Shown one piece after another: positions 44,462-55,576 of a stretch of 64,000 nucleotides of DNA. The notes beneath the pieces were generated by a model that made no database searches, was not told where the DNA came from, and saw nothing but the letters and a program-made list of their open reading frames with translations. The stretch is from Minisyncoccota bacterium (lineage in GTDB: Bacteria > Patescibacteriota > Minisyncoccia > Phycocordibacterales > VMEP01): positions 4,884 to 68,883 of the forward strand of contig JBAZYZ010000001.1 of the NCBI GenBank assembly GCA_041659085.1, in the 5' to 3' direction. A program made the position numbers and the translations under genes. Within the stretch, counting starts at the first letter, position 1, and every line of letters starts with the position of its first letter.

Positions 44462-45304
44462 ATGGATAAAAATAAAAAAATTGGTTTTATCGGTCAGGGA
44501 TATATAGGCAAAAACTACGCCGACGATTTTGAGAAACGCGGCTATTCGGTTGTGCGCTATGCTTTAGAAGAACCTCATATTTCAAACAAAGAGAAGATCG
44601 CGGAATGTGACATTGTGTTTATCGCCGTGCCGACCCCGACAACTCCGGAAGGATTTGACGACCATATCGTTGACGAGGCCATTAATCTTGTTGGCGCTGG
44701 CAAAATTGCCGTGATTAAGTCCACGGTTCTTCCGGGCACTACGGAGAAACTTCAAAGGGCGCATAGCGGTGTCTTGGTATTAAATTCGCCGGAATTTCTT
44801 TCGGAAGCGACAGCGGCGCATGATGCGGCTCATCCGGCGCAAAATATTATCGGCATTCCCGAGGACACGGCCGGGCATCGCGAAGCCGCGGAGCTTGTCT
44901 TGTCTATTTTGCCGGAAACACAGAGTTCGCTCGTGTGTAAAAGCGCCGAATCCGAGCTTTTCAAGTACGCGCATAACATGAGCGGCTATGTGCAGATTGT
45001 GCTGTTTAATATTATTTATGATTTGGCGCAAAAATTAGGCTGTGACTGGGAGCCTATTCAGAAAGCGATTGAAGCGGACCCGCTTATTTCCAACCGATAC
45101 GCGCGGCCGATTCACAAAAGCGGAAGGGGCGCAGGAGGTCACTGTTTTATAAAAGATTTTGAAGCTTTTTCGAGCCTTTATCACAGCAAGATTGCTGACC
45201 CGCTCGGGGACAAGGTAATGGCCGCTTTGAGGGAGAAAAATATTGATTTGCTGAAAAAGAGCGGCAAAGATTTGGATTTATTGAAAGGAGTTTATGGCAA
45301 TTAG
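44462..45304 (+). CDS. Short UDP-glucose/GDP-mannose dehydrogenase-family protein lacking the C-terminal domain
   Basis: IGQGYIG, AVPTP, KSTVLPG, SPEFL, GAGGHCFIKD; about 280 aa. Confidence 0.85.
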   Translation: MDKNKKIGFIGQGYIGKNYADDFEKRGYSVVRYALEEPHISNKEKIAECDIVFIAVPTPTTPEGFDDHIVDEAINLVGAGKIAVIKSTVLPGTTEKLQRAHSGVLVLNSPEFLSEATAAHDAAHPAQNIIGIPEDTAGHREAAELVLSILPETQSSLVCKSAESELFKYAHNMSGYVQIVLFNIIYDLAQKLGCDWEPIQKAIEADPLISNRYARPIHKSGRGAGGHCFIKDFEAFSSLYHSKIADPLGDKVMAALREKNIDLLKKSGKDLDLLKGVYGN

Positions 45305-46349
45305 ATTATTAATCATTACGCAAAAAGTCGATAGGAATGATCCTATATTGGGATTTTTTCACAGGTGGATAGAAGAATTTTCAAAGAGTTGCGAAAAAAT
45401 AACGGTAATTTGTTTGGGGGAAGGCGAGTACAGCCTGCCGGGTAATATAAAAGTTTTATCTCTGGGAAAAGAAGGAGGTGTGTCTGGCTTCGTATACCTG
45501 TTTCGTTTTTATAAATATATTTTCGAGGAGCGCAAAAATTATGATGTTGTTTTTGTGCACATGAATCAGGAGTACGTTTTACTGGGCGGGCTACCCTGGC
45601 AATTTATGGGAAAGAAAATAATGATGTGGAGAAACCATCCGGGTGGGGGTTTTTTAACGGATATGGCTGTGTTTTTGTCCAACAAGGTTTTCTGCACTTC
45701 AAATCAATCATATACTGCGCGTTTCAAGAAAACACAAATCATGCCGGTTGGTATAGACACATCATTTTTTACCGATAAAAAGGGTGAAAGAATTAAAAAT
45801 TCCCTACTTATTCTCGGCAGAATTGCCCCGGTAAAAAAACAGGAACTTATTATTGACGCGCTTAAAATATTGCGCGAGAAAGGAACCTCTTTTACTGCCC
45901 ATTTTATTGGGGACGCTCTTCCAAAGGACTCTGATTATTATGATATGCTCCAAAAGAAGGCGTCCGAGGCTAGCATGTCGGAATCGGTTTCTTTTAAGAA
46001 GTCTGTTTCAAACATGGAGACACCGGATATTTACAATAAGTTTGAAATATTTATCAATGCCACGCCAAGCGGCAGTTTGGACAAAACAATTTTTGAGGCA
46101 ATGGCCTGCGGGGCGTTACCCATGACTTCCAATAAAAGTCTCATTGGGGTTATTGACCAGCGGTCTATTTTTGAAGAAGACAACGCCAATGATCTGGCGG
46201 AAAAGATAAAAGAGTTATTTATTCTGAATGACGAGGAGAAAAATATTTACCGCATAAAGAACCGCGATTTTGTTGTTGACGATCATTCCCTGAAGAGTCT
46301 TGTGGAAAAAGTTGTTTTATACTGCGAAGAGAATGATTTACAAAAATAA
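45294..46349 (+). CDS. GT4 glycosyltransferase
   Basis: GRIAPVK, GSLDKTIFEAMACG. Confidence 0.88.
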   Translation: MAIRLLIITQKVDRNDPILGFFHRWIEEFSKSCEKITVICLGEGEYSLPGNIKVLSLGKEGGVSGFVYLFRFYKYIFEERKNYDVVFVHMNQEYVLLGGLPWQFMGKKIMMWRNHPGGGFLTDMAVFLSNKVFCTSNQSYTARFKKTQIMPVGIDTSFFTDKKGERIKNSLLILGRIAPVKKQELIIDALKILREKGTSFTAHFIGDALPKDSDYYDMLQKKASEASMSESVSFKKSVSNMETPDIYNKFEIFINATPSGSLDKTIFEAMACGALPMTSNKSLIGVIDQRSIFEEDNANDLAEKIKELFILNDEEKNIYRIKNRDFVVDDHSLKSLVEKVVLYCEENDLQK

Positions 46350-46989
46350 AAAGGAACTGATAGGAACCCTGGTAAACTCAAAGGATACAATTCTTGATGT
46401 TGGGTTTTGGGGGCAGGGTCAGACTATTGATAATCCGAAATGGCCGCATCGTTTTATTTTGGAGAAAGCTGGAGGCGCATATACGTATGGTTTAGACGTG
46501 GATTTTGACGAAGGAAAGCTGGGGAAGATAAATGACATTTCTCATTACAAAAAGGGAAGTGCGGAAGATTTCCAAATAAGCCTAAAATTTGATGTTATTT
46601 TTGCTGCTGACCTAATTGAGCATTTGTCCAACCCCGGATTATTTCTCAAGTCTTGTCGCGATAATCTAAAGGATGGCGGCAGTTTGGTTATTACAACCCC
46701 GAATTGTTTTAGCCTTTTCAATATTGCCGAAAAACTGACAAAAACCGAGCCTACGGTTAATTCCGACCATACTATGTATTTCAATTCAAAAACACTAAGA
46801 ACTCTGTTCGCGAAAAATGACTGGAGTATTGTTTCGATGGATTACTTATACAGTCTTGATACAGGCTACGTGGAAAGTTGGAAAAAGAAATTTTTGAATG
46901 CTATTTACCACGCACTTTCTTGGTATACGCCCAAATATATTGAAACATTGGTTATTGTGGCTAAGCCGGATAATCTGGCTAAGGGGTAG
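46333..46989 (+). CDS. Class I SAM-dependent methyltransferase
   Basis: ILDVGFWG, FDVIF, LIEHLSNPG. Confidence 0.85.
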   Translation: MIYKNKKELIGTLVNSKDTILDVGFWGQGQTIDNPKWPHRFILEKAGGAYTYGLDVDFDEGKLGKINDISHYKKGSAEDFQISLKFDVIFAADLIEHLSNPGLFLKSCRDNLKDGGSLVITTPNCFSLFNIAEKLTKTEPTVNSDHTMYFNSKTLRTLFAKNDWSIVSMDYLYSLDTGYVESWKKKFLNAIYHALSWYTPKYIETLVIVAKPDNLAKG

Positions 46990-47034
46990 ACGATGGAGAT
47001 TCCTTGTTGGTCATTTTTTGAGTAAGATTATGTG

Positions 47035-47712
47035 ATGAATAGAACTGAAAAAAGATTTGAAAATGCTGTCATATCAAAAACATTCCGAAAGATTGTAAGT
47101 ACTTTTGAATTGGGACACAAAGAGGTGTTAGATCTCGGTTGCGGTTTTGGGGAACATCTGTCGTTATTTGGCGATGGTAGTATCGGCGTGACGACAAACA
47201 TGAAAGAAGTTAATGAAGGTAAGGATAGGGGATTATCAATTATTTATGGAAATATCGAGGAGCTTGAAAAACTTCATATTAAAGATAGTTTTGATATTAT
47301 TTGGGCTAATAACTTTTTTGAGCATATTTTGTCCCCGCACGCTTTTTTGGCAAAACTTAGGGGTGTTGCCGGAAGTGACACCAAATTAATTTTAGGTGTC
47401 CCGGTGATACCGCCACTCCAATCGCTGCTTATTTTCTCCAAATTCCGCGGAGCGCTCGCCAGTAATCATATAAATTTTTTCAACAGAAAAACTCTTTTGC
47501 TTACGGTATTGCGCGCGGGATGGCATATCAATGACGTCCGTCCGTTTATATCGGGCTTTGCTCCGCTCGACAGATTTCTTGGTTTATTTGCCCCCCATCT
47601 GTATATAGTCGCGCGTAAGAATGAATCATTTTTATATCCGGAAAAGAAATTGCAGGAATGGAAGGGGGTTGATTACTACGCCTCATTTCTTAAGGACACA
47701 GGACAATTATGA
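47035..47712 (+). CDS. Class I SAM-dependent methyltransferase
   Basis: [16 protein letters not shown]. Confidence 0.85.
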   Translation: MNRTEKRFENAVISKTFRKIVSTFELGHKEVLDLGCGFGEHLSLFGDGSIGVTTNMKEVNEGKDRGLSIIYGNIEELEKLHIKDSFDIIWANNFFEHILSPHAFLAKLRGVAGSDTKLILGVPVIPPLQSLLIFSKFRGALASNHINFFNRKTLLLTVLRAGWHINDVRPFISGFAPLDRFLGLFAPHLYIVARKNESFLYPEKKLQEWKGVDYYASFLKDTGQL

Positions 47713-48845
47713 ATAGAAAGCTGATTTACATCGCCAATATAAGATTACCGACGGAAAAAGCGCACGGCATTCAGATAATGAAAACCTGCGAAGCTTTTGC
47801 TCGTGCGGGTTTACGGGTTGAACTTGTCGTACCGTGGCGGAATAATGAAATAAAAGACAGCCCGTTTGATTATTACGTAGTAGAAAAGATTTTTGGTATC
47901 CGCCGGATTTTTTCTCTTGACTTGGTTTCATTTGGGAAAATTGGTTTTTTGATACAGCTGGCGACTTTTTCCGTCGCGGTTCTTTGGAAAATCTATTTTG
48001 GGCGTGACAAAAATCAGCAGACGTTTTTTTATTCCCGCGACGAACTCCCTCTTTTCTTACTGTCGCTTTTCCCGTCGCTACGAAACCACATTGTTTGGGA
48101 AGCTCATATGGGACATATGAATATGTTTATATACACTCTTATCAAGCGTCATGTTCCGGTCGTGGCTATTTCCAATGGACTTATGGAATTGTATCGTTCT
48201 TGCGGGGCAAAAAATATTTTGGTTGCTCCTGACGGCGTGGATTTGGGGCAATTTAGTGTTAAGGAAAATAAAAAAGAAGCCAGGGCGGAGCTTGATTTAC
48301 CGGAAGACAAACATATTGTTTTGTACACAGGTCATCTTTATGTGCGGAAGGGGGTTGATACGCTGGCGCAGGCTGTTTCTAAGCTTAGCGATGACACCTG
48401 CGTTGTTTTTGTGGGAGGGACAAAAAAGGACACAGAATCATTCAAAAGTAAGTATGGAGATATAGAGAATATAATGATTCTGGGAGGTAAGCCCCATAGT
48501 GAAATTCCCATGTACCTTCGAGCCGCCGATGTATTGATTATCCCGAATAGCGCCAAAGAAGAAGACTCGCGACTCTATACTTCACCGATGAAGCTTTTTG
48601 AATATATGGCAAGCGGTGTTCCCATTGTTGCTTCTAATCTGCCGTCGCTTAGGGAGGTTTTGAATGAAGAAAATGCTATATTGGTGCAGCCGGATAGTCC
48701 GGCGGATTTAGCTGACGGCATAGTTTCTGTTTTTAGCGATGAAAAAAAATCTGCGATATTGGCAGAGAAAGCCCTAGAGGACGTCCTCCGATACAGTTGG
48801 GCAAAACGGGCGGAAGCGATTATAAGTTTCATATATACCAATTGA
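47709..48845 (+). CDS. GT4 glycosyltransferase
   Basis: [18 protein letters not shown]. Confidence 0.9.
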   Translation: MNRKLIYIANIRLPTEKAHGIQIMKTCEAFARAGLRVELVVPWRNNEIKDSPFDYYVVEKIFGIRRIFSLDLVSFGKIGFLIQLATFSVAVLWKIYFGRDKNQQTFFYSRDELPLFLLSLFPSLRNHIVWEAHMGHMNMFIYTLIKRHVPVVAISNGLMELYRSCGAKNILVAPDGVDLGQFSVKENKKEARAELDLPEDKHIVLYTGHLYVRKGVDTLAQAVSKLSDDTCVVFVGGTKKDTESFKSKYGDIENIMILGGKPHSEIPMYLRAADVLIIPNSAKEEDSRLYTSPMKLFEYMASGVPIVASNLPSLREVLNEENAILVQPDSPADLADGIVSVFSDEKKSAILAEKALEDVLRYSWAKRAEAIISFIYTN

Positions 48846-48877
48846 ATTTAAAAATAAAAATCAAAAATTTTTTTCTT

Positions 48878-49258
48878 ATGCTCATGAGCTGGTATTTTCT
48901 GAAAAGTGTAATTTCAGGAGGAACCACGGCTCTTGTTGACCTATCTCTATTGTTTGTTTTTCGGGAGATACTACACGTGTCTTATTGGTTATCAGTCAAC
49001 ACTTCTTTTGCCGTTGCCATCGCAGTTAATTTTTCCCTTCAGAAATTCTGGACCTTTTCCAATAAAGATTTAGATTCTGCGCACAAACAATTTATTAAGT
49101 TTTTTCTGTTGGCGATGGGGAATATGGCTATGAATAGTTTGCTTATGTATGTGTTGTCAATCGTGTTTGGCCTTTGGTATCTCGGGGCGCAAGTTATTAC
49201 AATAGGTACGTTGGCAATAGTAAATTTTGTCTTGTACAGGAATTTTGTTTTCAAATAG
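48878..49258 (+). CDS. GtrA-family small flippase-like protein
   Basis: Four TMs; NFSLQKFWTF; NFVLYRNFVF; start uncertain. Confidence 0.82.
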   Translation: MLMSWYFLKSVISGGTTALVDLSLLFVFREILHVSYWLSVNTSFAVAIAVNFSLQKFWTFSNKDLDSAHKQFIKFFLLAMGNMAMNSLLMYVLSIVFGLWYLGAQVITIGTLAIVNFVLYRNFVFK

Positions 49259-49321
49259 ACATTTCCTCCGCTCCTATTTTTAGTTTTTGCCGTATTTCTC
49301 CGCTTCTGATAGAATTCTGCC

Positions 49322-50263
49322 ATGAAGCTATCGGTCATTATCCCCGTCTATAATGAAGAAGAGAACATAAAAAAGCTACACAGGGAGCTTGTTTCTGTCA
49401 TGGGTGACATCAAACTTTCTTATGAGATTATTTGGGTCAACGACGGTTCCAAAGACGCTAGTCTGGCGGTGCTTGAGGAAATAGCAAAGATTGATGCGAA
49501 TTCAAAGATTATAGATTTTGCGCGAAATTTCGGACAGACTGCCGCAATGTCGGCCGGTATTAAGCAGGCGACGGGAGACATTATTATACCGATGGACGCC
49601 GATTTGCAGAATGACCCGGTTGATATTCCTAAGTTTTTAAAAAAGATTGAAGAGGGCTACGACGTAGTTTCTGGCTGGCGCAAGAATCGCAAGGACGCCC
49701 TTCTCTTAAGAAAGGTTCCTTCATGGATTGCAAATTCAATTATCGCCGCCATTACCGGTGTGCGTATTCATGATTACGGATGTTCAATGAAAGCTTATAG
49801 GCGAGATATTATCCAGGGAATTATTCTTTATGGAGAGATGCATCGTTTTATTCCGGCATACGTGGGTTGGCATGGAGGCAAGGTGACCGAGATTGTGGTC
49901 AATCATCGCCCGCGTATTCACGGAGAGACTAAGTACGGAATTTCGCGTACCTTCCGCGTAATTCTTGACCTCATTTTAATAAAATTCCTTTCAAAGTATA
50001 TGAATCGCCCCATTCATTTTTTTGGGGGGATAGGTTTTATGTCTCTGGCTCTTGGCGGGATAGCCGCTATCGCCGCGGTTTACCTGAAGTTGTTTAATTC
50101 GATATCCTTTATCACGACTCCGTTGCCTATCTTTTCGGCAATGCTGGTGATCGTCGGCGTGCAGCTTATTGCCATGGGCGTTATAGCGGAAATGCTTATG
50201 CGCGTCTACTATGAGTCGCAGGGGAAACAGCCTTATTCCATTAAGAAGACCATGAACACCTAA
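49322..50263 (+). CDS. GT2 polyprenol-phosphate glycosyltransferase (ArnC/DPM-like)
   Basis: IPVYNEE, NDGSKD, RNFGQ, MDADLQND, two C-terminal TMs. Confidence 0.92.
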   Translation: MKLSVIIPVYNEEENIKKLHRELVSVMGDIKLSYEIIWVNDGSKDASLAVLEEIAKIDANSKIIDFARNFGQTAAMSAGIKQATGDIIIPMDADLQNDPVDIPKFLKKIEEGYDVVSGWRKNRKDALLLRKVPSWIANSIIAAITGVRIHDYGCSMKAYRRDIIQGIILYGEMHRFIPAYVGWHGGKVTEIVVNHRPRIHGETKYGISRTFRVILDLILIKFLSKYMNRPIHFFGGIGFMSLALGGIAAIAAVYLKLFNSISFITTPLPIFSAMLVIVGVQLIAMGVIAEMLMRVYYESQGKQPYSIKKTMNT

Positions 50264-50267
50264 AGGT

Positions 50268-52157
50268 ATGTGCGGTATAGCGGGATATTCAGGGGAGGGG
50301 GATACTCTTATTCTAAAGAAAATGGCGGATACGCTGCGCCATCGTGGGCCTGATGATGAGGGATACTACTCTGATGGACGCGTGGGGTTGGCTCACAGGC
50401 GTCTTTCCATTATAGATTTAAGCCCCGCCGGACATCAGCCGATGACGGTGGAAAAAGGAGATATCCAGGTTGTTTTCAATGGGGAGATTTATAATTTTGG
50501 GGATTTAAGGAAGGGCCTTGAGTCTCGACATAAGTTTACGGGCCATTCAGATACTGAAGTCATAGCTCATCTGTACGAAGAAACCGGCGAAAAAGTCTTT
50601 TCAAAAATAGACGGGATGTTCGCGATTGCCATTTATGACAAAACCCGCAGTAAACTTTTTTTGGCGCGAGACCGCATGGGCAAGAAGCCGCTTTATTACG
50701 GAATATTTGACGGTACCCTGATCTTTGGATCCGAATTGAAAGCTCTGATGGTTCATCCGAAATTTGAAAAAGAGCTTGATATAGTTTCCTTAAACAAATA
50801 TCTCCAATACGAATACATACCGACACCCCATACCATGTTTAAAAATGTCTGGAAGCTTGAGCCTGGACACTATGCTTCGTATGACGGCACAGTACTTACT
50901 AAGACTAAATTTTGGGAGATATCTTTCGTGGGGAAAGAAATAGAAGCTCCTTCGCTTAAGGATTCACTCGAGCGTCTGGACACGCTGCTTTATAATGCCG
51001 TGAAAAAACGCATGGTAAGCGATGTTCCGCTTGGCATTTTTCTGAGCGGCGGGATTGATTCAAGCACCATCGCTTATTACGCGCAAAGAATAGCCCGCGA
51101 AAACGGAGCAAAACCGGTTAAAACATTTTCCATAGGCTTCAGCGAAGGCAGTTTTGACGAATCCGCTTATGCTCGTCAGGTATCAAAATATTTGGGTACC
51201 GAGCACGAGGAGAAGATTCTAAGCGCCAAGGATTCACTCTCACTTATACCGGACATAGCGGATTTTCTGGACGAGCCCCTTGCCGACGCGTCTATTATTC
51301 CGACTTATTTGCTCTCGCGCTTTACGCGTGAACACGTGACGGTTGCTTTAGGCGGCGACGGGGGAGACGAGCTCTTGTGCGGTTACGATACGTTTCTTGC
51401 TCACAGGCTTGCGGATATTTACGAAAAAATTCCCGAGTTTATGCGAAAGGATATTTTTGAAAAACTGATTCCGCTTCTGCCGGTTTCGCAAAGAAATATG
51501 AGCTTTGATTTCAAGGCAAAGAAATTTATCGCCGGTTTTTACGGTGATAAAAAATATCGCAATCAGAGATGGCTGGGTGCTTTTGATAAGTCAGAGCGCG
51601 CAGAGCTTTTTTCGAGTGAGGTTTGGAGAGGGCTTGAGGGGGCTAATGAGTTTGATGACATAGATCGCTACTTGGCGGAATGTCCGAGCGATGATTACTA
51701 TAACCAGCTTATGTTTATGTATCTCCGCACCTATATGATGGACGATATTTTAGTGAAGGTTGACCGGGCCAGTATGTACAACTCTCTTGAGGTGCGCGCG
51801 CCGTTTCTGGACACGGAGGTTGTTAATTTTCTCGTCAAACAACCCCTGTCATTTAAGTTGCGCGGTCTTACTACCAAGTATCTTCTGAAGCAACTCATGG
51901 AAGATAAGTTACCTAGTGAAATAGTGTATCGCAATAAAAAAGGTTTTGGGATACCGCTTACAGAGTGGCTCAAAGGGGAGTTGAAACCTCTTGTTAAAGA
52001 GACATTAAGCGAGGAAAGCATTAAAAATCAAGGTTTGTTTAATATGGAGTATATTGATAAGCTTAAAAAAGAACACTTCTCCGGCCAGAAGGACAACAGG
52101 AAACAGTTATGGGCGCTCATGGTTTTCTCCTTATGGCACAAAAAGTGGATGGAATAA
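50268..52157 (+). CDS. asnB: Asparagine synthase-like glutamine amidotransferase (probably glycan amidation)
   Basis: MCGIAG, HRGPD, FLSGGIDSS, GDGGDE, KVDRASM. Confidence 0.92.
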   Translation: MCGIAGYSGEGDTLILKKMADTLRHRGPDDEGYYSDGRVGLAHRRLSIIDLSPAGHQPMTVEKGDIQVVFNGEIYNFGDLRKGLESRHKFTGHSDTEVIAHLYEETGEKVFSKIDGMFAIAIYDKTRSKLFLARDRMGKKPLYYGIFDGTLIFGSELKALMVHPKFEKELDIVSLNKYLQYEYIPTPHTMFKNVWKLEPGHYASYDGTVLTKTKFWEISFVGKEIEAPSLKDSLERLDTLLYNAVKKRMVSDVPLGIFLSGGIDSSTIAYYAQRIARENGAKPVKTFSIGFSEGSFDESAYARQVSKYLGTEHEEKILSAKDSLSLIPDIADFLDEPLADASIIPTYLLSRFTREHVTVALGGDGGDELLCGYDTFLAHRLADIYEKIPEFMRKDIFEKLIPLLPVSQRNMSFDFKAKKFIAGFYGDKKYRNQRWLGAFDKSERAELFSSEVWRGLEGANEFDDIDRYLAECPSDDYYNQLMFMYLRTYMMDDILVKVDRASMYNSLEVRAPFLDTEVVNFLVKQPLSFKLRGLTTKYLLKQLMEDKLPSEIVYRNKKGFGIPLTEWLKGELKPLVKETLSEESIKNQGLFNMEYIDKLKKEHFSGQKDNRKQLWALMVFSLWHKKWME

Positions 52158-52168
52158 TTACGAACATT

Positions 52169-52741
52169 ATGAAAGAAAATATGAAAAAATTGAATCTCGG
52201 ATGCGGAGTTTCCAGAAAAGAAGGGTACGTAAATATTGATTGGCAAAAAGAGACCAATCCTGACGTTGTGCATAATTTGAATGTTTTCCCCTATCCTTTT
52301 CCTGACGATTTTTTTGATTCCATTGAGGCCTCTCATATACTTGAACATTTAAACAGTCCGTTTGATGTTATGAGGGAGTTGCGCAGGATTTTAAAAAAGG
52401 GAGGATCTTTGTATATTAAAGTTCCTCATTTCAGCCGCGGATTTACTCACGCGGAGCACACCCACGGATTTGATGTTACTTTTCCTCTTTATTTCAACAA
52501 AAATTTTACCAAATCGGGATTTTTCGGTGTCGAATTTGATTTAGACATGATGAAACTCCACTGGCTGGCGTTTTTCCATCTGATGCCGTATATGGGCTAT
52601 GGCAGTACCACTATATTTATATTGAGGATAATGAATTCCGTCGTCTCTTTTTTTGCGAATCTTTCCCCGGCCTTTGCGAGCAGAATTTGGTGCTTTTGGG
52701 TCGGCGGTTTTGATGAGGTGGAATTCTGGTTCCATAAGTAA
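52169..52741 (+). CDS. SAM-dependent methyltransferase-domain protein
   Basis: KLNLGCG, SHILEHL, RILKKGG. Confidence 0.85.
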   Translation: MKENMKKLNLGCGVSRKEGYVNIDWQKETNPDVVHNLNVFPYPFPDDFFDSIEASHILEHLNSPFDVMRELRRILKKGGSLYIKVPHFSRGFTHAEHTHGFDVTFPLYFNKNFTKSGFFGVEFDLDMMKLHWLAFFHLMPYMGYGSTTIFILRIMNSVVSFFANLSPAFASRIWCFWVGGFDEVEFWFHK

Positions 52742-52750
52742 AATATCCCC

Positions 52751-54727
52751 ATGGTTTTTATTGCTGTAAAACTATTTCTGTTTTTATTTGCAGTCATTTC
52801 TTTTGGCTATTTGGCGAGTTTTCTTTTTTTGAAAGAAAGAAAAATTTCCACCCTTATTCCGTTCTCTGTCCTTATCGGCGTAAGCGGATATGTATTTTTC
52901 GTCAACACATTTTCTTATTTTGTCGGAGTTAAGGAGGTTGTGTGGCTGGTATTACTACTATTTGTACTGTTTATTTTTTATCAAATTTACGCAAAGGGGA
53001 TAGGGGGATTTCGTCCGGAAATTGATTTAACAGGGAAAGAGTCTAAAATTCTTTTTAGTCTGGCAATAATAATTTCAATAACATCGGGGATTGTCGCCTT
53101 AAGAGCCCTTGACCCGGACGGATACGTTCATTTGACATTTTCCTCAACTATAAGTGAAGGGAATTTCCCTCTTATGAATCCGGTAGATCCAGACACGCTT
53201 ATTCCGTATCACTACGCGCCGGATTTGCTTTCTGCCGCGATGCATAGAGTAACCGGCGTCTCGCTATTGTGGGGTTACAATATTCAGACTTTCTTCTTTA
53301 GCGGCCTGACTTTTTTACTCGCTTTTATTTTGGCTTTTTATGTGACCGGAAGATTTTACACTTCAATAATTGCGTCTTTGTTTTTCTTCTTTGGAGCGGG
53401 GGCTCTTTTTTTGAATATTACACACGGATTTTCTCCCCTCTATCACAAGTATATTTTGGGTGAAAACGCAGTTGGCGCATGGAAATTTGTGGCCGAGATG
53501 CTTTGGCCTAAGATAAATAATTTTTATACTTATGCAATTAGAAATTACACAACGGTTATGGGCACGCCGATAATGCTTTCTGTCATATACTTATATTTTA
53601 AATTCATTGATGAAGGCAAAACTCAAATCAAAAAAATAATTATTGCAGGACTCCTTCTCGGTTTTTTGGCATTAAGCCTGGAAACAAATTTTGTTATACT
53701 GTCGTTCGTTTTAGGGCTATCCCTGCTCTATAAAATCTATTTGTTGTCTTGCAATAAGAACGATGATTTGAGAGAAAGGTATCTCAATGGCGTAAAAGTA
53801 ATAGTCCTTGTTTTGTTCATAGGTTCGGCAGTTGCGTATATGCAGGGAGGGGTTATAACCGCTTCTTTGAAGAGCGATAAAGGTGTCGTTGCCGGCCAAA
53901 GCTCCGGAGTTGGTGGGCGGCAGAGTTTTGTCTTGAATGGCAACCCTTCAGAACTTATAATTTCGCGTCAGGGAGAAGACAAGGTTCCAATATTTAGTTT
54001 GACCTTTTTAAAAGAATTCGGCCTTACTCTTATTTTGTTTCCGTTGGCAGTTTTTGTTTTCAGGAGAGATAAAAAAATATTATTTTTATCGTCAGTCGGC
54101 CTGACAGCTTTTTTGATTCCAATTTTCGTTATCTACGCTTCTTGGCCAGGGGAATTGGCCAGGGTATTTGTTGTATCTACTACAATTTTTTCTTTTGTTT
54201 CCGCTCTTTTTATCTGTCTTCTCTACGGTAAGTATAAAGAAAACATAAAAATTAAATCTATTTTGATTACCATCTCTTTGATGGTAATATTTGGTGGACT
54301 TTCTTTCCAATTAGTTTCTATGGTTACCCCGTACAGTAATTTTGGCAAGATTAGAGTTCCTTTTGCGGCGAGTCTTCCCGCGCTTTCTGATACTGACAGC
54401 AGGGTTTATGAATGGGTACGCGCCAATACAGTCAATTCATCCAGGTTTTTCCCCTACAATCAAAGATTAATAATTGAGACGGGCAGAATGTCTCCAAGCG
54501 ATATCGTTGGATTTGTCCCGAAGTATAAAATTCCGATTTACAAAGATATTGCTGATAATTGCGGGACAGATTCAATAAAGAAACTGGGAATAAATTATTT
54601 TGTCTTGTCTCCGGGCGGTTTTTCCAAGGAAAGTTTTCTAGGCAAATGTTCCTCACTTAATTCCGGTTTAGTTTTTAGCGTTAAGGAGGGCGGGGATTAT
54701 CGGGAGATTTACCAGATAAAGAATTAA
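52751..54727 (+). CDS. Polytopic membrane protein, possible GT-C-fold glycosyltransferase
   Basis: About 13 TMs, D-containing first external loop, YHY motif, soluble C-terminal domain. Confidence 0.6.
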   Translation: MVFIAVKLFLFLFAVISFGYLASFLFLKERKISTLIPFSVLIGVSGYVFFVNTFSYFVGVKEVVWLVLLLFVLFIFYQIYAKGIGGFRPEIDLTGKESKILFSLAIIISITSGIVALRALDPDGYVHLTFSSTISEGNFPLMNPVDPDTLIPYHYAPDLLSAAMHRVTGVSLLWGYNIQTFFFSGLTFLLAFILAFYVTGRFYTSIIASLFFFFGAGALFLNITHGFSPLYHKYILGENAVGAWKFVAEMLWPKINNFYTYAIRNYTTVMGTPIMLSVIYLYFKFIDEGKTQIKKIIIAGLLLGFLALSLETNFVILSFVLGLSLLYKIYLLSCNKNDDLRERYLNGVKVIVLVLFIGSAVAYMQGGVITASLKSDKGVVAGQSSGVGGRQSFVLNGNPSELIISRQGEDKVPIFSLTFLKEFGLTLILFPLAVFVFRRDKKILFLSSVGLTAFLIPIFVIYASWPGELARVFVVSTTIFSFVSALFICLLYGKYKENIKIKSILITISLMVIFGGLSFQLVSMVTPYSNFGKIRVPFAASLPALSDTDSRVYEWVRANTVNSSRFFPYNQRLIIETGRMSPSDIVGFVPKYKIPIYKDIADNCGTDSIKKLGINYFVLSPGGFSKESFLGKCSSLNSGLVFSVKEGGDYREIYQIKN

Positions 54728-54736
54728 GTAATTGCT

Positions 54737-55576
54737 ATGAATAGCTCTAATGAAATAGTCCAGGACAAAAAAACGGCTGACGCCTTCGCCAACTCGTGGA
54801 ACAATTTACCGTCAGGTTCTATTTATACGGAAGATCAGTTTACCGACTGGATGATGCCCTTGGAAAGGAAAGACATTGAGGGTAAAAGAGTATTGGAGCT
54901 CGGTTGTGGTAATGGGAGCCTGATGTCTCATATGGTCAGTTGGAATCCCTCATACCTTGAAGGAGTTGATTTGGGGGATTCGGTCTTGTCCGCGGAAAGT
55001 AATTTGAGGAAAACAAATTATAAGAATTGGAAAGTTACTAAAGGTGACCTCACTGAATATAGAAGCGCGGGATTTGATGTAGTCTATTGCATCGGAGTTA
55101 TCCATCATCTGAAAGTCCCTGAGAAAGGTTTTGAGTCGGTTATTAAAAATACAAAAAGGGGAGGACGGTTTCATGTGTGGGTATATGCCAGAGAGGGGAA
55201 TAGCATTATTGTTTATTTTGTGGACCCAATCAGAAAGGTTGTGTCCCATCTGCCATGGTGGTTTACGAAATATTTTGTCGCAACCCCTCTCGTTGTTCCT
55301 TATTACTTATACGCTAAGTTCCTGTCGCTGTTTAAAAGGAATTCGTTGTTGGAGAAATTACCTCTTTACGAATACAGTCTGTGGATATCAAAGAGAGAAT
55401 TCGCTTTTTTTAGGCATGTCGCCTTTGACCAGCTTGTTACTCCGCAGACCGCTTATATAAAGAAAGAGGTAATAGAGAGTTGGCTCAATTCATGTTCGGG
55501 AATAGATAAGACAAGCACGTATATAATTATGAGAAATGGCAATTCATGGAAATTCGGTGGCAGAGTAAAAATATGA
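54737..55576 (+). CDS. Class I SAM-dependent methyltransferase
   Basis: VLELGCGNG, GVIHHL. Confidence 0.87.
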   Translation: MNSSNEIVQDKKTADAFANSWNNLPSGSIYTEDQFTDWMMPLERKDIEGKRVLELGCGNGSLMSHMVSWNPSYLEGVDLGDSVLSAESNLRKTNYKNWKVTKGDLTEYRSAGFDVVYCIGVIHHLKVPEKGFESVIKNTKRGGRFHVWVYAREGNSIIVYFVDPIRKVVSHLPWWFTKYFVATPLVVPYYLYAKFLSLFKRNSLLEKLPLYEYSLWISKREFAFFRHVAFDQLVTPQTAYIKKEVIESWLNSCSGIDKTSTYIIMRNGNSWKFGGRVKI

